DNA of 64,000 nucleotides, taken from positions 1,183-65,182 of the forward strand of contig DASSCX010000255.1 of NCBI GenBank assembly GCA_035697425.1, written 5' to 3'. Positions 10,090-20,340 of the stretch are shown here, in pieces; position 1 is the first letter of the stretch; the number at the start of each line of letters is the position of its first letter. The translations under genes were made by a program, and so were the position numbers. The DNA is from Pyrinomonadaceae bacterium (GTDB lineage: Bacteria > Acidobacteriota > Blastocatellia > Pyrinomonadales > Pyrinomonadaceae). The notes under the pieces were generated by a model, which was not told the DNA's origin, did not search any database, and saw only the letters and a list, made by a program, of their open reading frames with translations.

Positions 10090-10172
10090 GATTGCCGATT
10101 TGCGATCGGCGATTGCCAATTGGCCGATAGCGAAAGAAGGGAATCGGAAATCGGAAATCGGCAATCGGCAAT
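10090..10172. repeat. Heptad-word imperfect hairpin, ATTGCCGATTG/CAATCGGCAAT family
   Basis: The left arm is GATTGCCGATTTGCGATCGGCGATTGCCAATTGGCCGAT. The right arm is GAATCGGAAATCGGAAATCGGCAATCGGCAAT, with 7-nt periodicity. It lies between hutF and the M20 gene. Confidence 0.7.
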
Positions 10173-10206
10173 GTGTCGGCGGTAATCTGGTTCACCTTCC
10201 TTTGAC

Positions 10207-11337
10207 ATGACAACTGTTCAAACACTTTCGGAGCTGGTCGCGATTGACTCCGTCTCAGCTCGTCCAAATTCAGAGATTGCCGACTATCTCACCAAGCGTT
10301 GCGAGGCAATGGGACTCACCGTAAGGCACTTCCCTTACCGCGACGATAATGATCTCGAGAAGTTTAACTTAATAGCTTTAGCTGGTACCGACTTCACTAC
10401 TAAACCCAACGTCGAGTTAGCACTCGTTGGTCACATGGACACTGTTCCCTATGATCCGCAGTGGTCTGAAGCAACGAATCTTACCGAGCGAGAAGGTAAG
10501 CTTTATGCGCGCGGCGCCTGCGACACGAAGGGTTTTATCGCGGCAGCACTCAGTGCTGTTGTCGCAACAGATCTGGGCTCCCTCCGCCGGCCCTTCGCAC
10601 TTGTGTTCACCGGAGACGAAGAAGTCGGACTGCTCGGCGCCAAGCGGCTCGCGGCTGCTAAACCGTTCGCCGCCCGCTACAGCATTGTGGGTGAACCAAC
10701 TTCGCTGCAACCAATCCGCGCCGGCAAAGGTTATTGCCTGGCGGAGATCGTTGTACACGGACATGAAGGCCATAGCGCTTATCCGGCGTTGGGTTCGTCG
10801 GCGATCTTTAGGGCCGCACGTCTGATCACTCGAATTGAAAAGCTAGCCACGGAACTCGAACGCGAACAACATCCTGATTTCGATCCTCCATTCACCACTC
10901 TCAATGTCGGCATCGTGCGCGGCGGTAGCGCGAAGAATGTGATTCCGGGTGAATGTCGTCTGACACTTGAATGGCGGCCGATCCCTGGCCAAAAGGCCGA
11001 GCGGCTACTCGAATTGATCAACGCTGCCGTTGGCGAAGAATCGAAACTGGATAGGAACTTCAGTTGTGAGATTAAAGCGTCTCGCACCGATTCCGGGTTT
11101 GAGATCGACTCGCAATCGGATTTCGTGCAAATGATGGAACGGTTATCTGGCCAAAAGGCGGCGACGGTGGCTTTCGGAACTGAGGCAGCCCAAATGATGG
11201 AGCTGGGCGCGGAAGCTGTGGTTTTTGGTCCGGGAAACATTAGGGTGGCACATCGCACCGGGGAGTTTGTTCCGCTATCCGAGCTGGAAACCTGTGCGGC
11301 GGTTCTCGCTCAGGCCATTGTCGAGTGTTGTACTTAG
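10207..11337 (+). CDS. M20-family deacylase (ArgE/DapE-like acetylornithine deacetylase family)
   Basis: Motifs present: VGHMDTVP, RGACDTKG, FTGDEEVGLLGA. It is 376 aa. Confidence 0.75.
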   Translation: MTTVQTLSELVAIDSVSARPNSEIADYLTKRCEAMGLTVRHFPYRDDNDLEKFNLIALAGTDFTTKPNVELALVGHMDTVPYDPQWSEATNLTEREGKLYARGACDTKGFIAAALSAVVATDLGSLRRPFALVFTGDEEVGLLGAKRLAAAKPFAARYSIVGEPTSLQPIRAGKGYCLAEIVVHGHEGHSAYPALGSSAIFRAARLITRIEKLATELEREQHPDFDPPFTTLNVGIVRGGSAKNVIPGECRLTLEWRPIPGQKAERLLELINAAVGEESKLDRNFSCEIKASRTDSGFEIDSQSDFVQMMERLSGQKAATVAFGTEAAQMMELGAEAVVFGPGNIRVAHRTGEFVPLSELETCAAVLAQAIVECCT

Positions 11338-11446
11338 TGCGTACTTTCCGCTTACAGACAACTATTCCCGCGCGATTTCATCGAAACCCCGTCGTCCGAA
11401 TTCATTCGCAAGTGTCATAGTTCTTTCGCGGGATCGCATTAAAATC

Positions 11447-12529
11447 ATGAAGCATTTTTCCTTTCGACTGGCGTTGCTGGTGCTCGTTAACGCAGCACTG
11501 ATTCTGAGTTGCTTCGGCCAGTCAGCAAGCAGGCCTTTGACGAGTAAAGAGGTGGTTAGCCGTCTTTACGAACTTCCCCGCCATCCGGAACGTCGCGACG
11601 CCATCGTTGAAGAGATTCGCACTCGGGGGATCGATTTTCCTTTGACCTCGGGATTGCGATCATTAGTAGCCACTAAAAGTGGGAACGATCCGTTACTTCG
11701 TCGTACGCTCGAAGAAGCTGATCGCCGCCGCTTGAACCCAGCGGCGTCCGCAGTGCCTCCGGTTGCCGACGCAAACGAGCTCCTGGATCGCGCAAGAGTG
11801 GCTACCCTCGCGGCCGCCGAGGCGATGCCAGACTTCATCGTGAAACAGCTGATCAGACGCACGATCGCTTACGGTAACACCAGCAACTGGCTGCCCCAGG
11901 ACAATCTGGCAATCGCCGTCAGTTATCGCGCCAACATCGGCGAGGAATACAAGATACTTTCAGTGAATGGCATGCCCTTGGGACCAGAAGTGAAGGAAAG
12001 CAAGGATTACAGTAAGTATGTCGGAGGAGCGAGTTCCAGCGGTGTCGAGTACATCTCGGCCCTGGCAGATCTTTTTCGGCCAGATTCACAGACGACTTTC
12101 AAACCAGTCGACACGGACCTATTGCGCGAGCGCCGCACCGTTGTCTTTGAATACGAAGTTAAGCGACTTAATTCCAAGCTGTCCCTGACTGCGGATCGCA
12201 CGCGCACAACCGATGTTGGCTCGCGCGGGCGGCTGTGGATCGATCGCGAAAACAATCGCGTCCTGCGATTTGAACAGATTGCGACAGAGATTCCTTCCGA
12301 TTTCCCCATTACGGCGGCGAGCAGCTTGATCGATTACGATTGGGTGACGATTGGCGAAGGCAGGTTTGTGCTCCCGGTCCGCTCGGAAATACTGCTTACT
12401 ACGGTGAATAAGGGTCAATCGCTCCAGAGTCGCAACGAAATTCGGTTTCGTGGCTATCAAAAGTTCGGTGCTGAGTTAAAGGTCATCGACGAGATCGATG
12501 AAAGCGATTTTCCGCCCGAAAAGCCCTAG
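11447..12529 (+). CDS. Secreted hypothetical protein
   Basis: The internal ATG gives the signal peptide MKHFSFRLALLVLVNAALILSCFGQ. I recognise no family. Confidence 0.5.
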   Translation: MKHFSFRLALLVLVNAALILSCFGQSASRPLTSKEVVSRLYELPRHPERRDAIVEEIRTRGIDFPLTSGLRSLVATKSGNDPLLRRTLEEADRRRLNPAASAVPPVADANELLDRARVATLAAAEAMPDFIVKQLIRRTIAYGNTSNWLPQDNLAIAVSYRANIGEEYKILSVNGMPLGPEVKESKDYSKYVGGASSSGVEYISALADLFRPDSQTTFKPVDTDLLRERRTVVFEYEVKRLNSKLSLTADRTRTTDVGSRGRLWIDRENNRVLRFEQIATEIPSDFPITAASSLIDYDWVTIGEGRFVLPVRSEILLTTVNKGQSLQSRNEIRFRGYQKFGAELKVIDEIDESDFPPEKP

Positions 12530-12532
12530 TTT

Positions 12533-12716
12533 TCGATTGCCGATTGGCGATTGCCAATTGCCGATTCGCCTTTAACCAACTGCCGATTGGCCTTTAGCTC
12601 GACCAGTCGACCATCGGCAACCGGATTCGCAACGCTGAGGGCCCACTAGCTAACCCCACATGTCGGGAACTGGCCTCGCTGGCTACACACCAATCGGCAA
12701 TCGGCATTCGTCAATC
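12533..12716. repeat. Heptad-word element, ATTGCCGATTG/CAATCGGCAAT family
   Basis: CGATTGCCGATTGGCGATTGCCAATTGCCGATTCGCC lies at the left end and CCAATCGGCAATCGGCATTCGTCAATC at the right end, with related words in between. Confidence 0.65.
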
Positions 12717-12889
12717 TAAAGGGTCGTCTACATTTGCAGACACTTCCTCATCATTGGTCGCCGAAAGCTGACAGGGAAGATTCCCTGCAGTTCCTCTTTT
12801 TAGAATCACCTGTGCGGCTCGCGAAAACTCCTGTCTTCCACAAGCTAACGGAACACCCATTGCGATGAAACGAGCGTGGAGGCCTCGCC

Positions 12890-13309
12890 TTGAAACCGCG
12901 GATTCTAATTTACGATAAGGATCAGGCAATTACCCGACAACTGTTCTGGACGCTCTGCGATACTTACGATGTGGTCACCGCCAATGAGTTGCAGACGGCC
13001 CTCCGCCGGGCCGCCGCGTATGAACCCGCCGTTGCAGTGTTGGATCTTAATGCGCCCGTTGCTCCTGGTTACGAAGATGCCGGTGTGCGAATCCTCCAGT
13101 ATCTAAAAGGTCACTTCCCCAAGTTGCGAATTTTAGGCATGACGGTAGAGATAATTCCCGAGACCAAAAGGAAGTACTTCAGCCTCGGGGTCGATGAACT
13201 GCTGGATAAGCCATTCGACACCCAACAGTTGCTCGACTTGCTGCGCCGTCTAGCCCCTTTACGTTCGTTTGACGCTGCCGAGTCTGGCTCATTCACCCTC
13301 TGCTGCTGA
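12890..13309 (+). CDS. Stand-alone response-regulator receiver domain protein
   Basis: CheY-like pattern (ILIYDKD...VAVLDLN...KP). There is no output domain. Confidence 0.65.
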   Translation: MKPRILIYDKDQAITRQLFWTLCDTYDVVTANELQTALRRAAAYEPAVAVLDLNAPVAPGYEDAGVRILQYLKGHFPKLRILGMTVEIIPETKRKYFSLGVDELLDKPFDTQQLLDLLRRLAPLRSFDAAESGSFTLCC

Positions 13310-13409
13310 CTTCTCTTCCTCTGTCTGCGATAATCGTGGACACCGCAAGACGCAATCTAGTTTCAGGGCTGACCAACGTCGCCGACCCCGGGCCGGTGTT
13401 TTTTCTCTC

Positions 13410-14111
13410 ATGAGCGAAGAACTGGATCGAGTAAAGGAAGTTCGCGAGTTACCGCTGTTTCCGTTGCCAATCGTGCTATTCCCAGGTGTGCCCCTACCGC
13501 TGCATATCTTTGAACCACGCTACCAGCAAATGTTGACTGACGTGCGCAAGGACAACAGCCTATTCGGACTTTCGTATTTCGATCCTGCCTCCTCGACCTC
13601 GGAACGACCACTTCCCGGTCACGTCGGTTGTGTCGCAGAGATCAGCGAAACGCAAACGATGCCGGATGGGCGTTCGAACATTCTTACGATCGGCCTAATT
13701 AGATATCGTGCGGATAATTACGTGAACCGTGGCAATCCTTACCTCGTAGCTCGCGTCAGCTTCTTTGAAGACGACCAGGAAGATGAATCACTATTGGGCG
13801 AGAGTTCTCGCGAGGTGGCGCAGATCTTTACGCGAATCGCACGGGCGGTGCGTTTGATAAACGATGAACGCGCTAATCTGCCGGACATTTCGGACACCGA
13901 TCCACAGCGACTTTCATTTTTGGTGGCCGCCGCCATGGAAGTTGATACAGATGTGAAACAGGAGTTGTTGGAGTTGCGCTTAACCTCCGAGCGCCTGCGC
14001 AGGTTGCGCGACATGCTGGCACGCTCTGTGACCGGCTATGAAGAGCGGGCTCGGGTTCATGAGATCGCCAAAGGGAACGGCCACAGTGGCCGAAAAATCG
14101 AAATCGAGTGA
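13410..14111 (+). CDS. LON N-terminal (substrate-binding) domain protein
   Basis: The internal ATG gives MSEELDRVKEVRELPLFPLPIVLFPGVPLPLHIFEPRYQQML, the canonical Lon N-domain start. There is no AAA+ or protease domain. Confidence 0.7.
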   Translation: MSEELDRVKEVRELPLFPLPIVLFPGVPLPLHIFEPRYQQMLTDVRKDNSLFGLSYFDPASSTSERPLPGHVGCVAEISETQTMPDGRSNILTIGLIRYRADNYVNRGNPYLVARVSFFEDDQEDESLLGESSREVAQIFTRIARAVRLINDERANLPDISDTDPQRLSFLVAAAMEVDTDVKQELLELRLTSERLRRLRDMLARSVTGYEERARVHEIAKGNGHSGRKIEIE

Positions 14112-14875
14112 ATATGTCTGGCGCGGCGCCGCAGTCAATAGTTGTACGCGTACTTTTCTTTGGCGCCGCGCGCGATGCCGCCGGACAGGCCGAGGCCACT
14201 CTCTCGCTACACCCTCCCACTAATGCTGCAAGTGCGTTTGCCCAAGTTGTTGCCGCCTTTCCGGCATTGAATCGCTTTGGTTGTTCTCTGCTTTTCGCGA
14301 TTAACGAAGAATACGCTCAGTTGGATCGTGAAGTGCGGTCAGGAGATGAGCTTGCAGTCTTTCCTCCGGTGAGCGGGGGTTCGGATGGAGTGCAAGCGCC
14401 TCAGCCTCCAGAATCGCGCAAAGCTTTCGACTTCTTCGAGCTAACCATTGAATCAATTAACGTAGGCGCTGTGGCACGCCGTGTGGTGTTACCGGAATGT
14501 GGCGCCACCGTGACGCTTGATGGTTACGCTCGCGAGTGGACAAAGGGACGTCAAACACTACACCTGATTTATGAAGCTTATGCGCCGATGGCGGTCAACG
14601 AGTTGCGCCGGCTCGGCCGCCAGGCCCACGAGAAGTTTCAGATTGCTTATATAGGCATTGTCCATCGCACCGGCAAACTGGAAATCGGCGATACGAGTGT
14701 GGTGATTTCGGTGGGCGCGCCGCATCGTCGTGCTGCTTTCGAAGCTTGCGAATGGGCGATTCGGGAACTGAAACGAACTGTGCCGATTTGGAAAAAAGAA
14801 GTGTTTGCCGATGGCGAGGTTTGGGTCGAGGGCGAGGGTGGCAAACAGATGTTTGCAGAAACCCGAGAGGGCTGA
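14108..14875 (+). CDS. Molybdopterin synthase MoaD-MoaE fusion protein
   Basis: The N-terminal roughly 90 aa are ThiS/MoaD-like and end in FPPVSGG. The C-terminal part is MoaE-like (HRTGKLEIGDTSVVISVGAPHRRAAFEACEWAIRELKRTVPIWKKE). The start may be the ATG at 14114. Confidence 0.75.
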   Translation: MNMSGAAPQSIVVRVLFFGAARDAAGQAEATLSLHPPTNAASAFAQVVAAFPALNRFGCSLLFAINEEYAQLDREVRSGDELAVFPPVSGGSDGVQAPQPPESRKAFDFFELTIESINVGAVARRVVLPECGATVTLDGYAREWTKGRQTLHLIYEAYAPMAVNELRRLGRQAHEKFQIAYIGIVHRTGKLEIGDTSVVISVGAPHRRAAFEACEWAIRELKRTVPIWKKEVFADGEVWVEGEGGKQMFAETREG

Positions 14876-14893
14876 CTAACTGACGTTTTAAGC

Positions 14894-14920
14894 AGCCACT
14901 CGGTACAGTACCGAGTGGCT
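14894..14920. terminator. Bidirectional terminator hairpin between convergent moaDE and gyrA
   Basis: Perfect palindrome AGCCACTCGGTAC-A-GTACCGAGTGGCT. Confidence 0.6.
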
Positions 14921-14969
14921 ATCGCATTCCGCAGAGTCAAAAAGCCCAACCGGGTTCGCGTCTTGATTA

Positions 14970-17528
14970 CTAACTCGCCGGAGTTTCCTCGGGGACTTCC
15001 TCCGCAGCCTCTACGAGGGAAGCGCTCGTGACCTTATCGCCAACGTCTGTTTTGATCAAACGAACACCCTGAGCGCTGCGCCCAGTTTTTCGAATGTGGT
15101 TCGCCTCGATGCGGATCAGCTTAGCCTGCTGCGTGATAATCATAATCTCCGAATCGTCCTCAACCGGGAACACTGCCACAACTTTCCCGGTCTTCTCAGT
15201 CGTCTTCATATTGATAACGCCTTTGCCACCGCGCGACTGTAAACGGTAGGTGGTGATAGGTGTCTGCTTGCCATAACCCTGCTCGGAGACTGACAGCATT
15301 CGCTCTGTATCCTCTGCGGAAACGGGACAGACGGAAACCACAAAGTCGTCGGGTCGCAAGCTAATTCCACGTACTCCTCTCGTGGCTCGTCCCATGGGCC
15401 TGACGTTCTTTTCATCAAAACGAATCGCCAAACCATTATGCGTAGCGATAAAGATGCGCTTAGTACCGTCAGTCAAGACCACGTCGAGCAGTTCGTCACC
15501 GTCGTCCACGTTGATGGCGATGATGCCGTTGGTGCGAATGTTCTGGAAGTTGTCCAGCGAGGTTTTCTTGATCACGCCCTTTCGCGTAACCATTAGCACG
15601 TGCCGTCCGGCGGAAAAGTCTCGCACCGGAACAACTCCGGCCAGCTTGCGATCCGAAGGAATGCTGATCAGGTTGACGATTGCTTTTCCGCGGGCTGAAG
15701 CCGCCGCATCGGGAACTTCATGCACCTTGATCTTGTAGACCATGCCATCGTCGGTGAAGATCATGAGGTAGGCATGGGTGGAGGCAATGAACAAATGTTC
15801 GACAAAGTCTTCATTCTTTGCGGCCGCGCCGAAACGTCCTTTGCCGCCGCGTCCTTGCCTTTGGTAAGTAGTAATCGGAGTGCGCTTGATGTAACCACTG
15901 TTGGTCACCGTGATCGCGACGTCCTCATCGGCAATCAGATCTTCGATTGAAAACTCTGCGCCCTCATCGACAATTTCAGTGCGGCGCGCGTCGCCAAACT
16001 CTTTCTTCACATCTTCAAGTTCGGATTTGATTACGCGGCGCAAAGCGTTTTCATTGGAGAGGATGTTTTCCAGCTCCGCGATGTGTTTAATAATCGCTTC
16101 ATACTCGTCGGTAATCTTCTGACGCTCTAGAGCAGATAAACGGCGCAATTGCAGGTCGAGAATTGCCTGCGCCTGGATTTCAGAGAATCCCAGGCGCTCC
16201 ATCGTCTTCTGCATCTTGCCCAGGTAGGTTTTCAGGGCTACGTCAGTCGGCGCTCCCTTCCAGACCTTCACCTCTGACATCGTCGCCATCTGACCTGTCA
16301 GCCAGAGGCGCGCCTCATCAACCGAGCGGGAGTTGCGAATTAAAGTAACAATGAAATCAAGGGCATCGATCGCCTTGGTGAGTCCCTCGAGGATGTGCGC
16401 GCGGGCTCGAGCCTTCCGCAACTCGTACTCGGTCCGCCGGCGCACTACTTCGCGGCGAAACTCGATAAAACTCTCGAGCATCTGTTTCAGGTTCAGGACT
16501 CGCGGCTGGCCATTAACAATTGCCAGGTTGATCACGCCGAAGGAGGTTTGCATCGGCGTAAGCTTGTAGAGCTTGTTGAGGACGACCTGCGGCACGGCAT
16601 CGCGTTTAAGTTCAACAACGATGCGCATCCCGCTGCGGTCGGACTCGTCGCGCAAGTCAGAAATTCCTTCCAACTTCTTTTCATTACTCAGTTCGGCGAT
16701 GCGCTCAATGAGCCGCGCCTTGTTAACCTGAAAAGGAATCTCGGTGATCACGACCGCGTCGCGCTCCTGGGCGCCACGACCGATTCGATCGATACCCGCG
16801 CGCGCGCGTAATTGCAGGATGCCGCGCCCTTCCGTATACGACTTCTTGATCTCGTCCCGCCCGTAGATGAACCCGCCCGTGGGAAAATCGGGACCGGTGA
16901 CAATCCTGGTAAGGGCGTTGATCGTTATGTTGGGATCGGAAAGCAGTGCAATCGTAGCGTCGACAATCTCCGTGAGGTTATGTGGCGGTATTTTTGTTGC
17001 CATGCCGACCGCAATTCCATCCGAACCGTTAATCAGCAGGTTGGGGATGCGGGTGGGCACCACCTTGGGTTCGCTCAGTGACTCGTCGTAGTTAGGCTGA
17101 AAATCAACTGTCTCTTTCTCAATGTCCGACAAGATCTCACTGGTGATCTTCGACATGCGCACTTCCGTGTAGCGCATCGCCGCCGCGGCATCACCATCAA
17201 CTGATCCAAAATTCCCCTGACCGTCAATTAATGGGTAGCGCATCGAGAAATCCTGCGCCAGGCGGACGATGGTGTCGTAAACGGCAGTGTCGCCATGCGG
17301 GTGATACTTACCAATCACATCGCCAACGACGCGGGCACTTTTCTTGTGAGCCTTGTTGAAAGTATTGCCAAGCTCGTGCATCGCCCAGAGCACACGACGA
17401 TGAACGGGCTTCAATCCATCGCGCACATCCGGAAGCGCGCGGCCGATGATGACCGACATCGCATAATCAAGATACGAACGCCGCATCTCGTCTTCGATAT
17501 TTATGTGATTGCGTTCAGTAGTTTCCAT
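14970..17528 (-). CDS. gyrA: DNA gyrase subunit A
   Basis: It is 852 aa with the N-terminal motifs [27 protein letters not shown] and AAMRYTE (active-site Tyr region). C-terminal beta-pinwheel repeats are present. Confidence 0.97.
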   Translation of the reverse strand: METTERNHINIEDEMRRSYLDYAMSVIIGRALPDVRDGLKPVHRRVLWAMHELGNTFNKAHKKSARVVGDVIGKYHPHGDTAVYDTIVRLAQDFSMRYPLIDGQGNFGSVDGDAAAAMRYTEVRMSKITSEILSDIEKETVDFQPNYDESLSEPKVVPTRIPNLLINGSDGIAVGMATKIPPHNLTEIVDATIALLSDPNITINALTRIVTGPDFPTGGFIYGRDEIKKSYTEGRGILQLRARAGIDRIGRGAQERDAVVITEIPFQVNKARLIERIAELSNEKKLEGISDLRDESDRSGMRIVVELKRDAVPQVVLNKLYKLTPMQTSFGVINLAIVNGQPRVLNLKQMLESFIEFRREVVRRRTEYELRKARARAHILEGLTKAIDALDFIVTLIRNSRSVDEARLWLTGQMATMSEVKVWKGAPTDVALKTYLGKMQKTMERLGFSEIQAQAILDLQLRRLSALERQKITDEYEAIIKHIAELENILSNENALRRVIKSELEDVKKEFGDARRTEIVDEGAEFSIEDLIADEDVAITVTNSGYIKRTPITTYQRQGRGGKGRFGAAAKNEDFVEHLFIASTHAYLMIFTDDGMVYKIKVHEVPDAAASARGKAIVNLISIPSDRKLAGVVPVRDFSAGRHVLMVTRKGVIKKTSLDNFQNIRTNGIIAINVDDGDELLDVVLTDGTKRIFIATHNGLAIRFDEKNVRPMGRATRGVRGISLRPDDFVVSVCPVSAEDTERMLSVSEQGYGKQTPITTYRLQSRGGKGVINMKTTEKTGKVVAVFPVEDDSEIMIITQQAKLIRIEANHIRKTGRSAQGVRLIKTDVGDKVTSASLVEAAEEVPEETPAS

Positions 17529-17889
17529 CTCAATAACCTTTCCAGTACAATCCGCCGGTCAAAACTTTCGCTAAGGTTCTCAGGGTAAACAGACCTACCT
17601 CCGGGCAAAACGCTACTCGCGACTCCCTAAAAATGAAGCCGTTCCATGAGCCATTTCGTTACCGGATGCAATCGTGTTTGCTGCTCGCGAGACTGGTAGT
17701 GCATGGACTTAAATGACGAGGTATTGTAGCCTTTCGGCAGGGTTTTTGGCAAACGCGGAATTTCGGATAAAGGCTAATAAAATCAACAGCTTCTAAGCGG
17801 GCAAACAAACTGAATTTGAATCATTTTCATGACCGGAACAAGTTACGTTGCGGCGTTACCTCAGGCGCCTGGTAGCAGCGAAATCTGAG

Positions 17890-18627
17890 ATGCCAAAAGA
17901 GCGAACCTGGAAGCGTATCCGCGAGCGTCTGGAGCTGAGCCTACCCGTCCGCGTACGGTGTCGTGAGACTCCGGATTTTGAGTGGGTTGAGATCACCCGC
18001 CTAATAAATGTGACGCCCTTCGGTGCGGGGTTTACGTTGAAGCGTCCAATTGAAAAAGGCCGCCTGGTGCACATGACAATCCCCATGCCGCGCCAGCTGC
18101 GCGTATTTGATCACCTTGAGGATCAGTATCGCGTGTGGGCGCTGGTTCGGTATTTGCGAGCCCGGCCGGATGCTAATGGGCAAGCGACCGTATTTGAAGT
18201 TGGCGTCGCCTTCGTAGGTAAGCGGGCGCCCCGAAGTTATGAGGATGATCCGACAAAGCGGTACGAGATTGCTTCTTCGGTCACAGAGATGCGCAAGCTG
18301 ACAGAAGACCCTGACACGATCGTCGGTCCGCTATCAAGTTCCGACAAACGCGCTTTCACTCGGCACAACATTGCGGTAGACATGAAGCTGGAAACCCTCA
18401 ACGAAAAGGGTGAAGTTGATTTGACCGAAGACACCGTGACCGAAAATATCAGTCGCCAGGGCGCTACAGTGTTTACCAGTCTTTCAATTCCCGTAGGGCG
18501 ATTCATCCGACTAACGAGTAAGCAATTTCAATTGACTGTTAACGCCGCAGTGCGCGGCGGAGGAAGAGGAGCGGATGGGGTTCTTCGCGTTCACGTCGAA
18601 TTCATCGATCGCGAGTGGCCACTCTAA
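17890..18627 (+). CDS. Tandem PilZ-like domain protein
   Basis: There are two RxxxR ... (D/N)xSxxG-like pairs: RIRER...NVTPFGAG and RAFTRH...NISRQGA. The alternative start is 17848. Confidence 0.45.
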   Translation: MPKERTWKRIRERLELSLPVRVRCRETPDFEWVEITRLINVTPFGAGFTLKRPIEKGRLVHMTIPMPRQLRVFDHLEDQYRVWALVRYLRARPDANGQATVFEVGVAFVGKRAPRSYEDDPTKRYEIASSVTEMRKLTEDPDTIVGPLSSSDKRAFTRHNIAVDMKLETLNEKGEVDLTEDTVTENISRQGATVFTSLSIPVGRFIRLTSKQFQLTVNAAVRGGGRGADGVLRVHVEFIDREWPL

Positions 18628-18632
18628 CTCAG

Positions 18633-18863
18633 ATGGCGATTACTAAACCTATCATTGTTCCCCGGGAAGTGTTGCTGGTTGAAATCGACCGGCGTTGCTC
18701 CTTTGCCGATTGTGACAGCCGGCTGGGAATTGGTCTGACAAAAGCAGAGGCTGCGGAGTATCGCGGATTCGAATGCGAACATTGCAAGCGTTGGAACGAC
18801 GACAAGCTAACGCAAAGGGACATTCCCGATTGGTGGGACGAAGTTCACACTCTGGATCAATAA
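18633..18863 (+). CDS. Small zinc-ribbon-like protein
   Basis: Cys pairs CSFADC and CEHC are present. The ATG lies just after the PilZ gene stop. Confidence 0.4.
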   Translation: MAITKPIIVPREVLLVEIDRRCSFADCDSRLGIGLTKAEAAEYRGFECEHCKRWNDDKLTQRDIPDWWDEVHTLDQ

Positions 18864-18879
18864 TCCATATTGAGCCTAC

Positions 18880-19542
18880 GTGAGATCGAGCCAAACATCT
18901 GCCCGCCCTTCCAAGGTAGACTCTTCCGTTCTACCTCAAGCGACGCTTGATTTGATTCGCCCCGTCGTTGGCTGGATGGGTCGAGGATTTTGGGATCTGA
19001 AGCAACGGGGCCTGGAAAACATCCCAGCGGCAGGAGGCCTGATAATCGCCGCGAACCACCAGTCTTACCTCGATCCATTTTTGATCTCGATTCCCGTCCC
19101 TCGTCCCTTGCGCTTTCTCGCCTGGAACGAGGCACTCGAATGGCCGCTCGCGGGAAAGATGATGAAGCTGATGGGAGCCTGGCCGTTGCACTTGCAAGGA
19201 AGCGATCTCGCAGCGATTCGTCGCTCAATTCAATGGCTGCGCGACGGGGGAGCGCTGGTGATCTTTCCTGAAGGAGGCCGCGGGTTGCCAAACGGCTCGA
19301 TGGTGCGTTTCAAAGGCGGCGCCGTCAGGCTGGCACTTGAAGCGGGCGTACCAATTCTTCCGGTGACTATTCGCGGTGCTAATCGTGTTTGGCCGGCGGG
19401 GAAACTGGTGCCGCGGATGGGGCAAATCGAAGTTGTTTACCATCCACTGCATCAGGTTATCCAGCGTGAAGGTGAGGAGACCCGCGAGTGCGCGCGGCGC
19501 GAGAGTGATGAGCTCGCAAAAATAATCAAGTCGGCCCTCTAG
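18880..19542 (+). CDS. plsC: 1-acyl-sn-glycerol-3-phosphate acyltransferase family
   Basis: Acyltransferase motifs IIAANHQSYLDPF and FPEGGR. Confidence 0.8.
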   Translation: MRSSQTSARPSKVDSSVLPQATLDLIRPVVGWMGRGFWDLKQRGLENIPAAGGLIIAANHQSYLDPFLISIPVPRPLRFLAWNEALEWPLAGKMMKLMGAWPLHLQGSDLAAIRRSIQWLRDGGALVIFPEGGRGLPNGSMVRFKGGAVRLALEAGVPILPVTIRGANRVWPAGKLVPRMGQIEVVYHPLHQVIQREGEETRECARRESDELAKIIKSAL

Positions 19543-19547
19543 GCACG

Positions 19548-20321
19548 CTAGCTCCGAATTACCTGCATCATCGATTGGTGCACGAGACCGTTGCTGGCGA
19601 GCACACGCGGAGAATAGATGTCCAGTGCTGCTCCTTGATAGTCGGTGACGCTGCCCCCAGCTTCTGCAATTAACAAGACTCCGGCAGCAATATCCCAAGA
19701 CTTCAAACCATCCTCCCAAAACCCATCAAAGCGTCCACAGGCTACGTACGCGAGGTCCAATGCCGCCGATCCGTCGCGCCGCACTGCTTGCGCATGCATT
19801 GTGAAGTTGGAGAAATCGCGAGCAAAGTCAGGCCGTTCGCGCACGTCATAGGGGAAGCCGGTGCAGAGCATCGCGCGACTTAGCTCTGCTACACCCGAAA
19901 CGCGTATTGGCCGTTCGTTTAGCGTCGCTCCCTGACCGCGTTCGGCCGCGAACATTTCATTCCGCATTGGATCGTAGACCACGCCGAGTTCCAACTTTCC
20001 GGCTCGCTCCACTCCGATCGAAACACAGAAGCAGGGATAGCCGTGCGCGTAGTTAGTCGTACCGTCGAGTGGATCGATGATCCATTTCCACTCGGCCGCC
20101 GAGTCGGCACTGTTATTTTCTGAAATGCCGGATTCCTCAGCCAGAATGGCGTGGCGCGGGTAGTGTGAACGAATGCGGTCGATTATCAACTTCTCAGACG
20201 CAAGATCCGCTTCGGTGACGAGGTCGATGGCGCCTTTGTTGGAAACCTGGAGCGCCCGCCCCAGTTTATCAATAAGAACACCTCCGGCATCGCGAGCAAC
20301 ACTGATTGCAAAGTTGAGCAA
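19548..20321 (-). CDS. suhB: Inositol monophosphatase family protein
   Basis: IMPase motifs (EADLASE, WIIDPLDGTTNY, WDIAAG). I place the start at the TTG at 20321, which has GGAG upstream and avoids overlap with the upstream esterase. The long ORF to 20522 is unlikely. Confidence 0.75.
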   Translation of the reverse strand: MLNFAISVARDAGGVLIDKLGRALQVSNKGAIDLVTEADLASEKLIIDRIRSHYPRHAILAEESGISENNSADSAAEWKWIIDPLDGTTNYAHGYPCFCVSIGVERAGKLELGVVYDPMRNEMFAAERGQGATLNERPIRVSGVAELSRAMLCTGFPYDVRERPDFARDFSNFTMHAQAVRRDGSAALDLAYVACGRFDGFWEDGLKSWDIAAGVLLIAEAGGSVTDYQGAALDIYSPRVLASNGLVHQSMMQVIRS

Positions 20322-20340
20322 TAAGATCTCCGGGTGGCTA

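Noticed and set aside
15382-17588. Multiple 60-140-aa plus-strand ORFs within gyrA.
   Set aside because: They are antisense to an unambiguous gyrA reading frame.
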